This document shows, piece by piece, positions 40,242 to 54,206 of a stretch of 64,000 nucleotides of DNA (its first letter is position 1; each line of letters starts with the position of its first letter). The notes beneath the pieces were generated by a model. The model had not been told where the DNA came from. It worked only from the letters and a program-made list of their open reading frames with translations, and did no database searches. The position numbers were made by a program, and so were the translations under genes. The DNA comes from Octopus vulgaris (Eukaryota): the NCBI GenBank assembly GCA_951406725.2, contig OX597833.1, forward strand, positions 17,546,001 through 17,610,000, read 5' to 3'.

Positions 40242-40292
40242 GGATGGATGGATGGATGGATGGATGGATAGAAAGGTAGGCAGACAGAAGCC

Positions 40293-40515
40293 ATTTCTTT
40301 ATTGCCCACAAGGGGCTAAACATAGAGGGGAAAACAAAGACAGACAAAGGGATTAAGTCGATTACATCGACCCAGTGTGTAACTGGTATTTTATTTATCG
40401 ACCCCGAAAGGATAAAAGGCAAAGTCGACCTCGGCGGAATTTGAACTCAGAACGTAACGGCAGAGGAAATACGGCTACGCATTTCGCCCGGCGTGCTAAC
40501 AATTCTGCCAGCTCG
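40293..40515 (-). mobile_element. SINE family B monomer between (GATA)n tracts
   Basis: Consensus match. Confidence 0.88.
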
Positions 40516-40612
<97 letters not shown>

Positions 40613-40734
40613 TGGAATGAGAAGATTTGGCACGGTTGTTTTGACGTATACGATTTGGCACGGCTGGATGGACATTCAACCTGTTTTTGTGAGAGATTGT
40701 TTTAACGTTTGAGGCAAACACACACATACACACA

Positions 40735-40782
<48 letters not shown>

Positions 40783-40949
40783 ACATACACACACGCATAC
40801 ATTCACTCACGCAGAAACACACGCATACATAAATACATACATACATACATACATACATACATACATACATACATACATACATACAAACATACATACATAC
40901 ATACATACATACACATCCACATGCGCGCAGAAATATACCTATTCAAATA

Positions 40950-40996
<47 letters not shown>

Positions 40997-42072
40997 CCAT
41001 TAATTGAACACGAGTGATATAAACTTTTTTTCTCTTTCCTCATACGCGTAAAGAGAAATATAAACATATAAACGGAGAGAAAGGAAGAGAAGGATGAGGA
41101 AGAACGGGAGAGACATTAAAATGTCCGATATTAAACAAATGTACGTCGAACCAGCGTCCTACCTAGGTTGCGTCAAAATGGCCGTGCTGAAACGTTTCAT
41201 GTTCTTGTCTATATTACGTGCGTATGCAAGGATGCATATATTCCGTTCCGGGTTTTCCAGCAACTGAATTTCTAATCTTGAGTTGCTTGAAAATTTTGTT
41301 AAGTCGTCATTGTTTAGTAGGGGCTAATATCGCACTACCAGACTCACTTTTCATCGACTACTATACTGTTTTCAATTGAAATTACCCAAAAGAATGTTTA
41401 TTTTCGTGTCTACACTCACGCAGATATAAATTTCTTGTTTGTTTTTTATTGTCTTTTTTATTATTATTTTATGAATTCATTGAATTTTTCAGCCAAGCAG
41501 AGCAAGTATCTTTTTGTGTACGGAGCTACATTTTCATTATCGCACCATGATATGTTGGTGTTGTTGACTTTTCACTTTCTTTCAAACTCCAGATATACGG
41601 TGAGAAGGAGGTTGGGTTTCTTTTATCTTCGAATTTCCAGTGGGCTGAGAGAACTTGCATTGAAACGTGCTTTCAGGGAAAATTGATGCAATTCATATCG
41701 TTGCCATCTGCCGGAAACACCTCGATCCGATACAATGACGCCGATGCAAGAAACCTGCTGTTGAAAAGACAGGGTGTGGTATTACTACAGTTTCTGTGGG
41801 GTGGAGTGTTTGGCATATTATTATGGGTGTGATTGTTTCTATTAATTTCAGCGCTTCTAACAATGAAGATGTCGATAGTTTAGGTGCAGTTATAATTAAT
41901 TATTTGTCTGCTTCTTTTTTTTATTATTACAATAGCAGTTGTTAGTTAAACGCTTGCACATGGTTTTTAGAAAGTTTCTAGCTAAGCTATCTGTTACATT
42001 TATACTGAAACGAGTGGGGATTGAAACGTGTGTATGTATGCATGTGTATGTATGTATATATACACGTGTGTG

Positions 42073-42129
<57 letters not shown>

Positions 42130-42130
42130 A

Positions 42131-42305
42131 TAGGCGTAGGCGTAGGAGTGGGTGTGTGGTAAGTAGCTTGCTTATGAACCACATGGTTCCGGGTTCAGTC
42201 CCACTGCGTGGCACCTTGGGAAAGTGTCCTCTACTATAGCCTCGGGCCGACCAAAGCCTTGTGAGTGGATTTGGTAGACGGAAATGGAAAGAAGCCCGCC
42301 GTATG

Positions 42306-42375
<70 letters not shown>

Positions 42376-42558
42376 TGTGCGCGTGTGTGTTTGTGTGTCT
42401 GCGTTTGTCCCCCACCAACATCGCTTGACAACCGATGCTGGTGTGTTTACGTCCCCTGGAACTTAGCGGTTCGGCCAAAGAGACCAAAGAGACCGATAGA
42501 ATAAGTACTAGGCTTACAAGAATAAGTCCCGGGGTCGATTTGCTCGATTTGACTGAAA
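42131..42558 (+). mobile_element. SINE family A
   Basis: Consensus match with a deletion near the tail. Confidence 0.9.
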
Positions 42559-42632
42559 TGTATGTATGTATGTATGTATGTATGTATGTATGTATGTATA
42601 CATACACGCATACATAATTACATACTTACATA

Positions 42633-42844
42633 CGAGGGGATGCTGAAAAGTTCCTGGTTTTGGTAAAAGAAAATACAGGAGGATCTGTTTATGATTTTAT
42701 TCAACATATTCCCCTCTCAGATTCACGCACTTATTGCAGTGGTCCTTCAGTTTTTCTAAGCCCTCTAAAAGAACTCGGAACTTTGGTCCTCCAGCCAGCT
42801 CTCTCAAGATACCCTTAAAGCCAGGAATTTTCACCACCTTATCG
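42633..42844 (+). mobile_element. Mariner-type MITE
   Basis: TA|CGAGGGGATGCTGAAAAGTTCCTGG...CCAGGAATTTTCACCACCTTATCG. Confidence 0.85.
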
Positions 42845-43463
42845 TGTGTCACAACATTTCTAAGCACCCTAGCAGTTTCCTAGACCGTTTTACGAAACTT
42901 CGAGAACGTCGTCACTTCATGCTATGATAGTGACTGTAAGATTAAATTTTCTAAACGTTCCTACTACAACACTTCCGAGAGATTACTCAGCCGACTATCT
43001 TAATACAGACCTCATGCTAAGGGAGTTGGCTTGGGTTTGAAGTGTGTCTAGGATGTAAAAGCCCGACAAATCACTCTCTTGTACTCCGTGATAATTCCCA
43101 AAGCGACATCAAATAACTCGTTGCCTTTCATGTTTTTACCAAGAAAGAATTGTCAGGGAAATACAGCAATAACTTCCTCTTAGCTCCTGCACACGAATAC
43201 TCGGTCACACAGTCATGCTTGAATTTCTGATTGTAAGCGTATGTATGTATGTATGTATGTATGGATGGATGGATGGATGGATGGATGGATGGATGTGTAT
43301 GTGTGTGTTTGTGCGCGTGGGCGTGCGTGTGTGTGTATGTATGTAGACATGCATATATACACATATATATACGGCAGTCTTTCGGTTTCCATGTACGAAA
43401 TCCACTCAGAAGCCTTTGGTCGGCCTGAGGCTATAGTGTGTGTATGTGTGTGTGTGTATGTGT

Positions 43464-43556
<93 letters not shown>

Positions 43557-43772
43557 TATATATCTACATACACACATGTATATACACATACATATACATA
43601 TATATTTATACACATATATATATACACACATATATACATATATATATATATACATACCCATATACACATATATATATATATATATACATATGCATATATA
43701 TATATACACATACACATATATATATATACACATATATATATACACATATATATACACATATATATATATGCA

Positions 43773-43821
<49 letters not shown>

Positions 43822-44540
43822 GTCTATTTGCCAACACAGAGTGGCAGTCCTACGTAGGACGGATTTTCGCACTTTGTAACCCTGAGACGACACAAGGAAA
43901 ACACGTAATATTTCGATTCTGTCACAAAACACTGACAATTGAAAGAAGTCCACTAACATTTGTATTCGTAAAAAGTGTACAAGGAGAGATCAACATAAAA
44001 ATTCGCTTGCCATTGCGTGGATAAAGATCTTGTGGGTAAGACTGAAAACAGTATAGGTACATCTATTGCGTAAACATTATATTAAGCAAGCTGTCTTAGT
44101 TCCTTCTGGACGATTGTGAGTCAAATAAGATATGAACGGATGAGTGGGCGAGTGGCGACTGGGAGGCGCGAGGATGTACCTGATAACTTTTAAAAAATAA
44201 ATCTGAGCTATTTGATGTAAGAAAACACCGCCGATACCTTTTGAAAGTATTATTTAATTACAGGAAGCCATAGGTTTCTATGGCTCACCCATAGATGCTG
44301 AAGTCGTTGCATGTAGTAAAACTATCTGTTGTCCAAGTTGCTGCTACAGAAAAGCTCGTAAAGACATGGCTAACGATTCTAGCATTTGTAACCGAAAAGA
44401 GTTATAAAGAATTTATAGATTACATTGGCGTTTCTCGCAGTCGTAGATTGAAACTCATAACCACAGAACATTTGCAGGAAAAAAAAATTACTATAGATTT
44501 AACTACAAAATAAAATGAACTACAAGCTGCCTGTATCACT

Positions 44541-45069
44541 GGAAGGAGTGGCTGTGTGGTAAGTAGCTTGCTTACCGACCACATGGTTCCGGTTTCAGTC
44601 CCACTGCGTGGCACCTTGGGCGAGTGTCTTCTACTATAGCCTCGGGCCTTGTGAGTGGATTTGGTAGACGGAAACTGAAAGAAGCCTGTCGTATATATGT
44701 ATGTATATATATGTGTGTGTGTGTGTGTTTGTGTGTGTGTGTATGTTTGTGTGTCTGTGTTTGTCCCCCCATAATCGCTTGACAATCGATGCTGGTGTGT
44801 TTACGTCCCCGTAACTTAGCGGTTCGGCAAAAGAGGCCGATAGTATAAGTACTATGCTTACAAAGAATAAGTCCTGGGGTCGATTTGCTCGACTAAAGGC
44901 GGTGCTCCAGCGTGGCCGCAGTCAAATGACTGAATCAAGTGAAAGAGTAAAAAAGTAAAGAATAAGTACTAGGTTTACAAAGAATAAGTCTTGAGGGTCT
45001 ATTTCTTCGACTGAAGGCGGTGCTCCAGCATGGCCGCAGTCAAATGACTGAAACAAGTAAAAGAGTAAA
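44541..45069 (+). mobile_element. SINE family A with duplicated 3' ~110 bp
   Basis: ATAAGTACTA...GACTGAA(T/A)CAAGT occurs twice. Confidence 0.9.
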
Positions 45070-45454
45070 ATGTATACCTAAGGAACAAAAGAAACAATGA
45101 AACCCTTAAATTGCAAGTTGCTATCGAAAATGTCGATTATACCATATTTCTGTGAAAGATACTACATATGCGATTAGCAAACGCCCCAAAATTGTAATTA
45201 AGTTACAGCCTTCTGATGCGGCCTATATACTATTGCACTTCGTCCGTGTTAACGTTCTGAGTTCAAATTTCGTGAGGTCGATTTTGTCTTTCGTCCTTTC
45301 GGGGACTATAAAATAAATTCCATTGGAGCACTTGGGTCAATGTAATCAGCTAAAGCCTCCCTCGAACTTGCCGGCCTTGTATCAAAATTTGAGACCAATG
45401 TACTGGCTTGTAAAAAATATAGGAAACGCAAAGAATATTCTTTTCTTTTCTATT

Positions 45455-45815
45455 CTTTTCTACTCTAGGCACAAGGCCCGAAATTCATGGGGAGGGGGGT
45501 CAGTCAATTAGATCAACCTCAGTACGCAACTGGTACTTAATTTATCGACTCCCGAAATGATGAAAAGCAAAGTCGACCTCGACGGAATTTGAACTTAGAA
45601 CGTAAAGACAGACGAAATACCTATTTCTTTATTACCCACAAGGGGCTAAACACAGAGGGGACAAACAAGGACAGACATAGGTATTAAGTCGATTACATCG
45701 ACCCCAGTGCGTAACTGGTACTTAATTTATCGACCCCGAAATGATGAAAGGCAAAGTCGACCTCGGCGGAATTTGAACTCAGAACGTAAAAACAGACGAA
45801 ATACCGCTTCGCATT
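45455..45815 (-). mobile_element. SINE family B dimer
   Basis: Two units; supplies the spurious 5' part of ORF 45707..46141. Confidence 0.88.
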
Positions 45816-45872
45816 TCCAATGGAAAATCGCCAGAAATCGGTTGAGGACACTGCCCCGCAGAAGAATTCAAT

Positions 45873-46218
45873 ATGGATGCCTACTACATCGATTATTCTA
45901 TGAAAAACATACCTATAGCATCAAAGGAAAACTATACTCTAAGAAACTTCTGGAGAAAATTACAGACCTGATTAAGCGCATGAGATGGAAATCTTTTTTT
46001 TACATGGAAGAGGACACTACAGAGAATATATTCTATGGTATTAAATCTAAGAAATTCCCTCCAAAAATCGAAGGCTTGGAAGACTTCGAAGTGGACCTAC
46101 TGAAGCTTATAAAGAAAATAAAATTTCGTAAGTTTTTTTAATACTTTCCAACAGAAACTGAAAAAAGATGTCAATTACATAAAAAGTTCCCCCAAAATAA
46201 AGGCACTTTTTTCTGATA
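45873..46218 (+). pseudogene. N-terminal part of a Penelope-like element ORF (two frameshifts)
   Basis: MDAYYIDYSMKNIPIASKENY / KLLEKITDLIKRMRWKSFFY..YGIKSKKFPPKIEGLEDFEVDLLKLIKKIKFRK / NTFQQKLKKDV. The YS.KNIP, IKRMRWK and FE.DL...IKFR motifs are as I recall them from PLE pre-RT regions. Confidence 0.75.
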
Positions 46219-46251
46219 TGGATCATTTTCATAGCATTTTTTCGATGGCCG

Positions 46252-46312
46252 GATAACTGAAGAGATGGCAGCGTGGGTTTCCGCCCCGACATCCGAAACT
46301 CGGAGTTTTATC
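46252..46312 (+). ncRNA. Hammerhead ribozyme motif adjacent to the PLE ORF remnant
   Basis: GATAA-CTGAAGA-GATG-(22 nt)-CATC-C-GAAA-CTCGGAG-TT-TTATC. A truncated relative is at ~55575-55650. Confidence 0.7.
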
Positions 46313-46357
46313 ATGGCTACCGAATAATTGTCACATATTATATTTACAGATATATAC

Positions 46358-46408
<51 letters not shown>

Positions 46409-46545
46409 CGTGTGTGTGTGTGTGTGTGTGTGTATAAACTACAAGATTTTCTTTCATGCTGACTACCTGATACAATCATTAACATGATTTCATCCTTCAG
46501 TTCTATAAAGAATAAATAATAAAATATATATATATATGTATATAC

Positions 46546-46576
<31 letters not shown>

Positions 46577-46596
46577 TATATATATATATATATATG

Positions 46597-46740
<144 letters not shown>

Positions 46741-46896
46741 TAGATATATAAAAAAATATATATGTGTGTGTGTGTGTGTATGACTGAAACAAATAAAATA
46801 TTATATATATACATACATACATGTATGTATGTATGTTTATATACAAAGGACCTTCATTCAGTTTCCGCGAGACAAATGCACTCGCAAGGCATTGGC

Positions 46897-46964
<68 letters not shown>

Positions 46965-46969
46965 CAGAC

Positions 46970-47048
<79 letters not shown>

Positions 47049-48111
47049 TAGATGTACACACACGTCTACACCTTTGTACATGTATACGTGTACATGCATG
47101 CATATACATATACATGTGAAGTCACTCACAGGCATTTCATTCCAGACGATCAACGACTCACATGGGTACATGTATGTGTGTGTGTGCGTGTATGGTGGAG
47201 AATGTGTATGCGTGTGTATGGTTTTCTTTGCCTGTTACTTCAATATTTAATAACATCCATATATACATACTCACCCCCAAAACCCCAACCACCCAACAAC
47301 TCACTCCCCTGTATGCTGTCTGTCATAGGGAGTTAGTCTTGATATAGCACATTCTATGCTCAGACTTTTTTCCACATATTTTCTATTATTTCTTTAAATT
47401 TCTTTTATATTTTTTCTTCGGACTCTTTGCTTCTGTCTTCAAGATTTATTCCATCCCTAATTCCAACCTTATTTATATATCTTTCTTTTTTGTATTTCAA
47501 GCTGTTAACTTGAACCAAACGCTCCTCACACCTAATACAGTCTCTTTTACCAGTGTCTTATATTCCTACACTCGAAACCTTATTCAAATTACTACTTTTA
47601 CGAGGCTGGATGTATCACCTGTCTTATATAAATTAATCCATATACATTATAATAAATAAAGTCATTTATTTATATGGCTTTCGGGGATGTGGGTTATTTT
47701 ACCAACAGACAATCCACGATATGGTTGTGTGGCCTGTTAGAAATAGCTGTCAAATTTCACCTTAAATCACACATGCAACCATCTTAATCAGAAATGGCAC
47801 ATAATTTAAACTAGACCCGAAAAACAGAATGCCGGAATGGTTATGATTAAAGTAAAAGTCTTTCGTAGATCTAATCAATCAAAGTTAATGAGGAGTAGAC
47901 AGCTACATCTTATAAGCTGTAATCTTTCTTAATAATTATAGAATACTGTTTCTGTAGCTCTTCAACAGAAGAGATAAAAAGCAATAAGCTTCTCATGGAC
48001 TGGACACAAGCATATCACAAGCATATCACAGATATATCATATCCCGAGCGTCAAACTAATACACTTGCTTGCGGTTCCTACACCTGTCTTAGTTTTTGTT
48101 TTTCTATAAAT

Positions 48112-48142
<31 letters not shown>

Positions 48143-48319
48143 AGAACCGAAACAGGTTAAAATATATACCACTATGTGTAAAAAGCAGTTTGTCTGAGCC
48201 TCTACAAAATAGAATTGTGATGAACCATAACTTTGGACCCCACCAAAGATTACCTGAAGTTCTTCACTAATCTCAGTGATATTATTAGCCTGGTGTGCCA
48301 ACAGAGAGCTTATGAAGTA

Positions 48320-48742
48320 GTTATTTCTTTATTGTCCATAGGGGGCTAAATATAGAGGGGACAAACAAGGACAGACAAACGGATTAAGTCGATTACATCG
48401 ACCCCAGTGCGTAACTGGTACTTAATTTATCGACCCCGAAAGGATGAAAAGCAAAGACGACCTCGGCGAAATTTGAACTCAGAACGTAACGGCAGACGAA
48501 ATACCTATTTCTTTACTACCCACAAGGGGTTAAACACAGAGGAGACAAACAAGCACAGTCAGACGGATTAAGTCGATTATATCGACCCCAGTGCGTAACT
48601 GGTACTTAATTTATCGACCCCCAATGGATGAAAGGCAAAGTCGACCTCGGCGGAATTTGAATTCAGAACGTAACGGCAGACGAAATACGGCTACGCATTT
48701 CGCCCGGCGTGCTAACGTTTCTGCCAGCTCGCCACCCTCAGT
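48320..48742 (-). mobile_element. SINE family B dimer with perfect 14 bp TSD
   Basis: GAGCTTATGAAGTA at 48306-48319 and 48743-48756. Confidence 0.92.
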
Positions 48743-48811
48743 GAGCTTATGAAGTATTTTGCCTGGATTGACAATCCGTCACTATTTGGTTTATAAATAA
48801 ATAAATAAATA

Positions 48812-48879
<68 letters not shown>

Positions 48880-49222
48880 ATATATATAAAGTGGAGGTTA
48901 GGAGAGCCTAAAATAACAAGGTAAAAGTTGGACAAACATGTTTAAACTATCAAGTGTTCAAATGATCGTAGTAATTTCAATGAGTTTCACAGGAATTGAT
49001 AGTAACATTAATGTAAAAATGTTCAACGAGGATCATAACAAATGTACGTTATTGAAAGTTCAGTCACATTGAGTTTTTATAGAATAAGTGAAGAAGAAGA
49101 AAATGGTGGGGAGAACGAATAAACAAGGAGGGTTTTTTTACCGATTTCTGTTATGGTGCTCGGAATTCTTTCTCGGTTTGTTGGAATTGGAAAATACTTT
49201 GGGTTCAATCTTTTAGTATATA

Positions 49223-49616
49223 CTAGCAGTATCGCCCGGCGTTGCTCGGGTTTGTAAGGGAAATGACTATATAAGCATTTTTAGAGATGTAAAGTATAAT
49301 AGCCATCTCAATATGGCTAACCACAAAGGGGGGTGTTACTGTAGCTTTTTACGTTCTGAGATTTAATAATAAATTTTTAGAGAGTTACTTCCCTTATATA
49401 TGCCAAAATGCATTAAAAATGGGAAAAATTGATGGTAAATTCTTTTTTAAATCGTAGACTCATCGTAGACGCGCGCTAATACCCAGAAGGGCTCGATATG
49501 AATCACGACTATAAGATACTCGCTTTTGGTTACACTGCACCGCAAAATGTGGGAGTAGTTAGGAATCTAAATCGTAGAAGACAGACAGCACACAACCTCT
49601 CTTTTATATATAAAGA
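49223..49616 (-). mobile_element. Non-autonomous Helitron (same family as 3855-4240)
   Basis: A|TC...hairpin...CTAG|T, with identical termini. Confidence 0.88.
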
Positions 49617-49769
49617 TATGTTTTTACAGAAAAGAGTCAATTTTTGATTGGTTATAATTTTGATAACCTGGTGATTAGGTGATTTCTACTTTCGAAGCAT
49701 TTGACAAGCTAAGGGAACTTTGACAAGAAGTCGTGAACAATAAAAGTGCATTATTGACTGATTTACTTT

Positions 49770-50160
49770 TTTACTCTTTTATTTGTTTCAGTCATTTGAC
49801 TGTGGCCATGCTGGAGCACCGCCTTTAGTCAAGCAAATCGACCCTAGGACTTATTCTTTGTAAACCTAGTACTTATTCTATCAGTCTCTTCTGCCGAACC
49901 ACTAAGTTACGGGGACGTAAACACACCAGCATCGGTTGTCAAACGATGTTGGGAGACAAACACATACATATATACACACACATACACATATATACGACGG
50001 GCTTCTTTCAGTTTCCGTCTACCAAATCCATTCACAAAGCTTTGGTTGGCCCGAGGCTATAGTAAAAGATACTTTCCCAAGGTGCCACGCAGTGGGACCG
50101 AACCCAGAACCATGTGGTTCGTAAGCAAGCTACTTACCACACAGCCATTCCTGTGCCTAT
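49770..50160 (-). mobile_element. SINE family A
   Basis: Consensus match. Confidence 0.9.
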
Positions 50161-50317
50161 ATTTGTTAATATTTTTCCTGAAAAATGGGGGAAAATGAAC
50201 GAATGTATATGATAACTCAATACAATATTGGCCGAATTAAATCTCTCTCATAATGTTTTCTATGCCGAAGAATGTGCCACACCTAATTCTCGAAGGTTCT
50301 AGTTATACTCTCCAATA

Positions 50318-51243
50318 TTGGCACTAGGCCAATAATTTCGGGGGAAGGAGTAAGTCTATTACTTCGACCGCAGTACTCAACTGGTACTTATTTTATCGAC
50401 TCCGAAAGGATAAAAGGCAAACTCGACTTCGGCGGAATTCGAACTCAGAACGTAAAGAAGGGCAAAATAACGCTTAGCATTTTGCCCGGCATGCTAACGA
50501 TTCTGCCAGCTTACATATTCTTCAATATTCATTTCTGCTCGAGGCAGAAATTTTGGGGAGGGGTCCAGTCGATTAGATCGATCCCAGTATGCAACTGGTT
50601 CTTAATTTATCGATCCCGAAAGGATGAAAGGCAAAGTCGATCTCGGCGGAATTTGAACTCAGAACATAACGACTGACGAAATACTGCTAAGCATTTCGCC
50701 CGGCGTGCTAACGTTTCTGCCAGCTCGCTGCTTTATATATTCTTCAATAGTCTTTTCTACTCAAGGCCCAAAAGTTTGGGGTGAAGGGGGCCAGTCGATT
50801 AGATCGACTCCAGTACACAACTGGTACCTAATTTATCGACCCCGAAAGGATGAAAGGCAAAGTCGACCTCAGCGGAATTTGAACTCAGAACGTAAAGACA
50901 GACAAAATACCTATTTCTTTACTACCCACAAGGGGCTAAACACAGAGGGGACCAACAAGGTCAGACAAACGGATTAAGTCAATTATATCGACCCCAGTGC
51001 GTAACTGGTACTTATTTAATCGACCCCGAAAGGATGAAAGATAAAGTCGACCTCGGCGGAATTTGAACTCAGAACGTAACGGCAGACGAAATACTGCTAC
51101 GCATTTCGCCCGGCGTGCTAACGATTCTTATTTCTTTATTGCCCATAAGGGGCTAAACATAGAGGGGACAAACAAGGAAAGACAAAGGGATTAAGTCGAT
51201 TACATCGGCCGCAGTGCGTAACTGGTACTTAATTTATCGACCG
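50318..51243 (-). mobile_element. Pile-up of ~5 SINE family B units
   Basis: Repeated AACTGGT(A/T)C...TCGA..CCGAAAGGAT. The unit at 50528-50736 is flanked by ATATTCTTCAATA. Confidence 0.88.
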
Positions 51244-51293
51244 AAGAGAGAGAGAAGAGAGAGGGAGCTGGATGGATGGATGGATGGATAGAT

Positions 51294-51324
<31 letters not shown>

Positions 51325-52477
51325 TAGGCTTCCATACAGTTTCTGTCTATGAAATTCACTCACAAGGTATTGGTCGGTAGAACGTACTTGCCCAAAGTGC
51401 CGTACAGTAGGATTGAACCCGAACCACGTAGTTGCAAAGCAAGCTTCTTAACCACACAGCCATGCCTGCACCTATATGGAAAATTTGAAGGTAGGTTACT
51501 TGAAAGGAGTTTTTACCAAGCGGCTTACAAAAAGCCAATTTTGAGGGTGAGCTTGTCCAAACAATATAATGATATCTAGACCCTAAAGTGCAAAAGGTAG
51601 TTTACATACTACGTATACCATGAACCCATGAACCCGCTAATTGCACTAGGGTTATTAAAACATAACCACATACACACTTCACATCACGATAAATATGATG
51701 TACTTATTCGCCTTAATATTTTAACAGATCTCAATTCGGTATGACTTTAGTATACAGCATTTTTCACTTGACTGAGCTAAAGATGCTCGTATGAGTCTTG
51801 CTGAACACACTTGACGTTTGTACAAATAAATGGAACTCTACAGTCGGTGAAAACATCAGACCGACTCACTGAATGTAACATATTTACACGAGATGATAAT
51901 CTGCACTAGTGTTTTCCTCGTTCGTTTGTTTGTTTTTGTTTCTTATCGCTTATATGTTCTCAAAGTTGTTTGGAGAAAGATAAGATAGGTGTCTGCTTGT
52001 TTCTGTAATTTGTTTCCCCTCTATTTGATTTAGACATACCCCGTTTACAGTTTTATAAAAAAAAAAAAGAAAAAAGAAAAAAAATAAAAAAAAGGAAAAA
52101 TAATTTCTCTAACGTTTATCTCAAAATTATTTCGACAGGGTTAAACTCTCCTAGCAGCCTTTTTGGAAATAAAAAATTCTCTGGGTAATTTAGCATGTCA
52201 ATTCGTAAATTAGACACACATGTTAACGCTAATTACATAAATACATTAATTCAGAGTCCGTCTGTGTAAAACATTCAAATATCGTTGAATAATTTATTGT
52301 GTGATATAAAACAGCATTTTAAAAATAAAAAAACAATTACAAACGTAACAGTATATTACGTTACATATATTTTAAAATTAAAAGCAAATTATAATTACAA
52401 TATAGAATGAATAAAAAAACATTTCGGGATTTGTAATAGAAAATATAATTTTATTATAATTCTATATACATACCTAC

Positions 52478-52533
<56 letters not shown>

Positions 52534-52557
52534 ATATATGTATATAGAAAGAGAGAG

Positions 52558-52609
<52 letters not shown>

Positions 52610-52698
52610 GTACACAAACACACATATATAAGTGGATATATATCTATAGTTTTTCTTTTAATTGAAACTGAAACTGGAAATTTGTCACGTGACGGGAT

Positions 52699-52741
52699 TC
52701 TCGCCTGAAGATCACAATAGCGTGAAACTCGAGCCGTGAGA
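52699..52741 (+). ncRNA. Degenerate hammerhead-like motif (cleavage-site U lost, weak stem II)
   Basis: TCTCGC-CTGAAGA-TCACAATAGCGT-GAAA-CTCGAG-CC-GTGAGA. Confidence 0.5.
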
Positions 52742-54164
52742 CAAAACTTTCAGTTTGAGTTTAAATAACGTAAAATAAATAAAAATAAATAAACAAACAT
52801 AAATAAAAATATGGAAACAAAACACATTAAAATTTTTTTTAACAAATGAAAAGGACATCCCCTACTTCTATTAAGCATTTCTTTATCATTCATTGGACAC
52901 AGAGTGACATGTGTGTGTGTGTGTACGTGGTTGGCACGTGGAACGGCGTTGTGAAGTAATCAAACTTCTGGAGCAGTTCCAATGTTTGGGACATATTTGA
53001 CCTGTAAAAAGCTAATTTCATAGCGTTTTGTCATGGAGAAAAATTCCCGCCCTACGCAAAAAGTATAAACACCAAAACCGTGTCAGAACAACTCCTACCT
53101 GCATCAATTACAGGCTAATTATGCACTCATCAGAAGTAGATACCAGCAAAGAAACTCTGAACTGACAAATGCTTTCAGCAGAAATTTTACAAAGCTGGGA
53201 GTTGCAGCCGGTAGGCCGGAACAAAATATATGGTTGGCACATGAAGCAGTATTCTTTTCTACTCTTGGCACAAAGCCCGGAATTTGGTGGGGAAAGGCCA
53301 GTCGACTTCGGCGGAATTCATATATATATATTAATAAATAAAACATATGCATATATATATATACATATATGTACGTACCTACCTTTACATGTATATATAC
53401 ACGCATATATGAGTACAGGACACCAAAAACACGTCGAACACAATGAGAAACGAAAACATAGACACAAACCCAAGGAACTGGACATTTTTCTTAAACAACA
53501 AAAAAATAGAGTACAGGACAAATAACACAAGGAAAAACCCCCTTCTTCAATCGCCATGGTTTCATCTACTCTACGTTTCGAAGGTGAAGGCGAGACGTAT
53601 CTTCGAAAGAAACTTTCCTTCCTGCGAAAAGCAAATCAAATAAAATTTGAGATCTTTTTGCAGAGGGGTAAAAATGGTTAGCGGATCTTCTTCTAGTATA
53701 AGGGTTTCCACATAGTGGGTAAAAAAAATTTCCTCTTATATTTATGTATGAAATACTATTTACTGAATCTCAGTTTTTTTATATGCTAGACCACTGGTGT
53801 TAAAATTGATGTTATCAAATTAATATCCAATTTTTTCACCCTCATTTTGATTTTAATTTTAAATTAATACGTTCTCAAACCGGCGAATATTACTGCAGTG
53901 AATTATTTATGCAGTATTTATTTCCAGTAATTTAGCGCGCCTAAAAGAAGACTTTTGAAAATAACCGCAAATGTAATAGGTAGAACTACATGTACTTTCC
54001 ACCTCGTGTTGATATATGGCGTGAAGTTCTGCAAATTATATTCTGCATAAATGATCATACTGACGATCTACAGATAAATTGTGTAAGTAAAATTACGTAA
54101 TTTGTTGATAGTGAAACAATTGTTTATGATTACACTTTATTAAAAGCAGCCAAAATATCACAAG

Positions 54165-54206
54165 AACTGCTACTCGGAGTTTCACGTTCCCGTTCGTCGG
54201 ACAGTT
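54165..54206 (-). ncRNA. Hammerhead motif (U4>C) with GNRA-capped stem II
   Basis: Minus strand reads AACTGT-CCGACGA-ACG-GGAA-CGT-GAAA-CTCCGAG-TA-GCAGTT; related to 60910-61017. Confidence 0.62.

Noticed and set aside
44264-44407. Cys-rich terminal exon (CSKTICCPSCCY)
   Set aside because: It is short, has a poor acceptor and matches no family I recognise; expected by chance.
45707-46141. 144 aa ORF as an intact gene
   Set aside because: It is a fusion of SINE B antisense sequence and one frame of a frameshifted PLE remnant.
47941-47970. CTGTTGAAGAGCTACAGAAAC on the minus strand
   Set aside because: Stem II cannot form; at most a collapsed relic.
53565-53612. Further hammerhead on the minus strand (CGAAACGTAG)
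   Set aside because: GAAA-CG-TA is present, but there is no convincing stem II or NUGANNA core.
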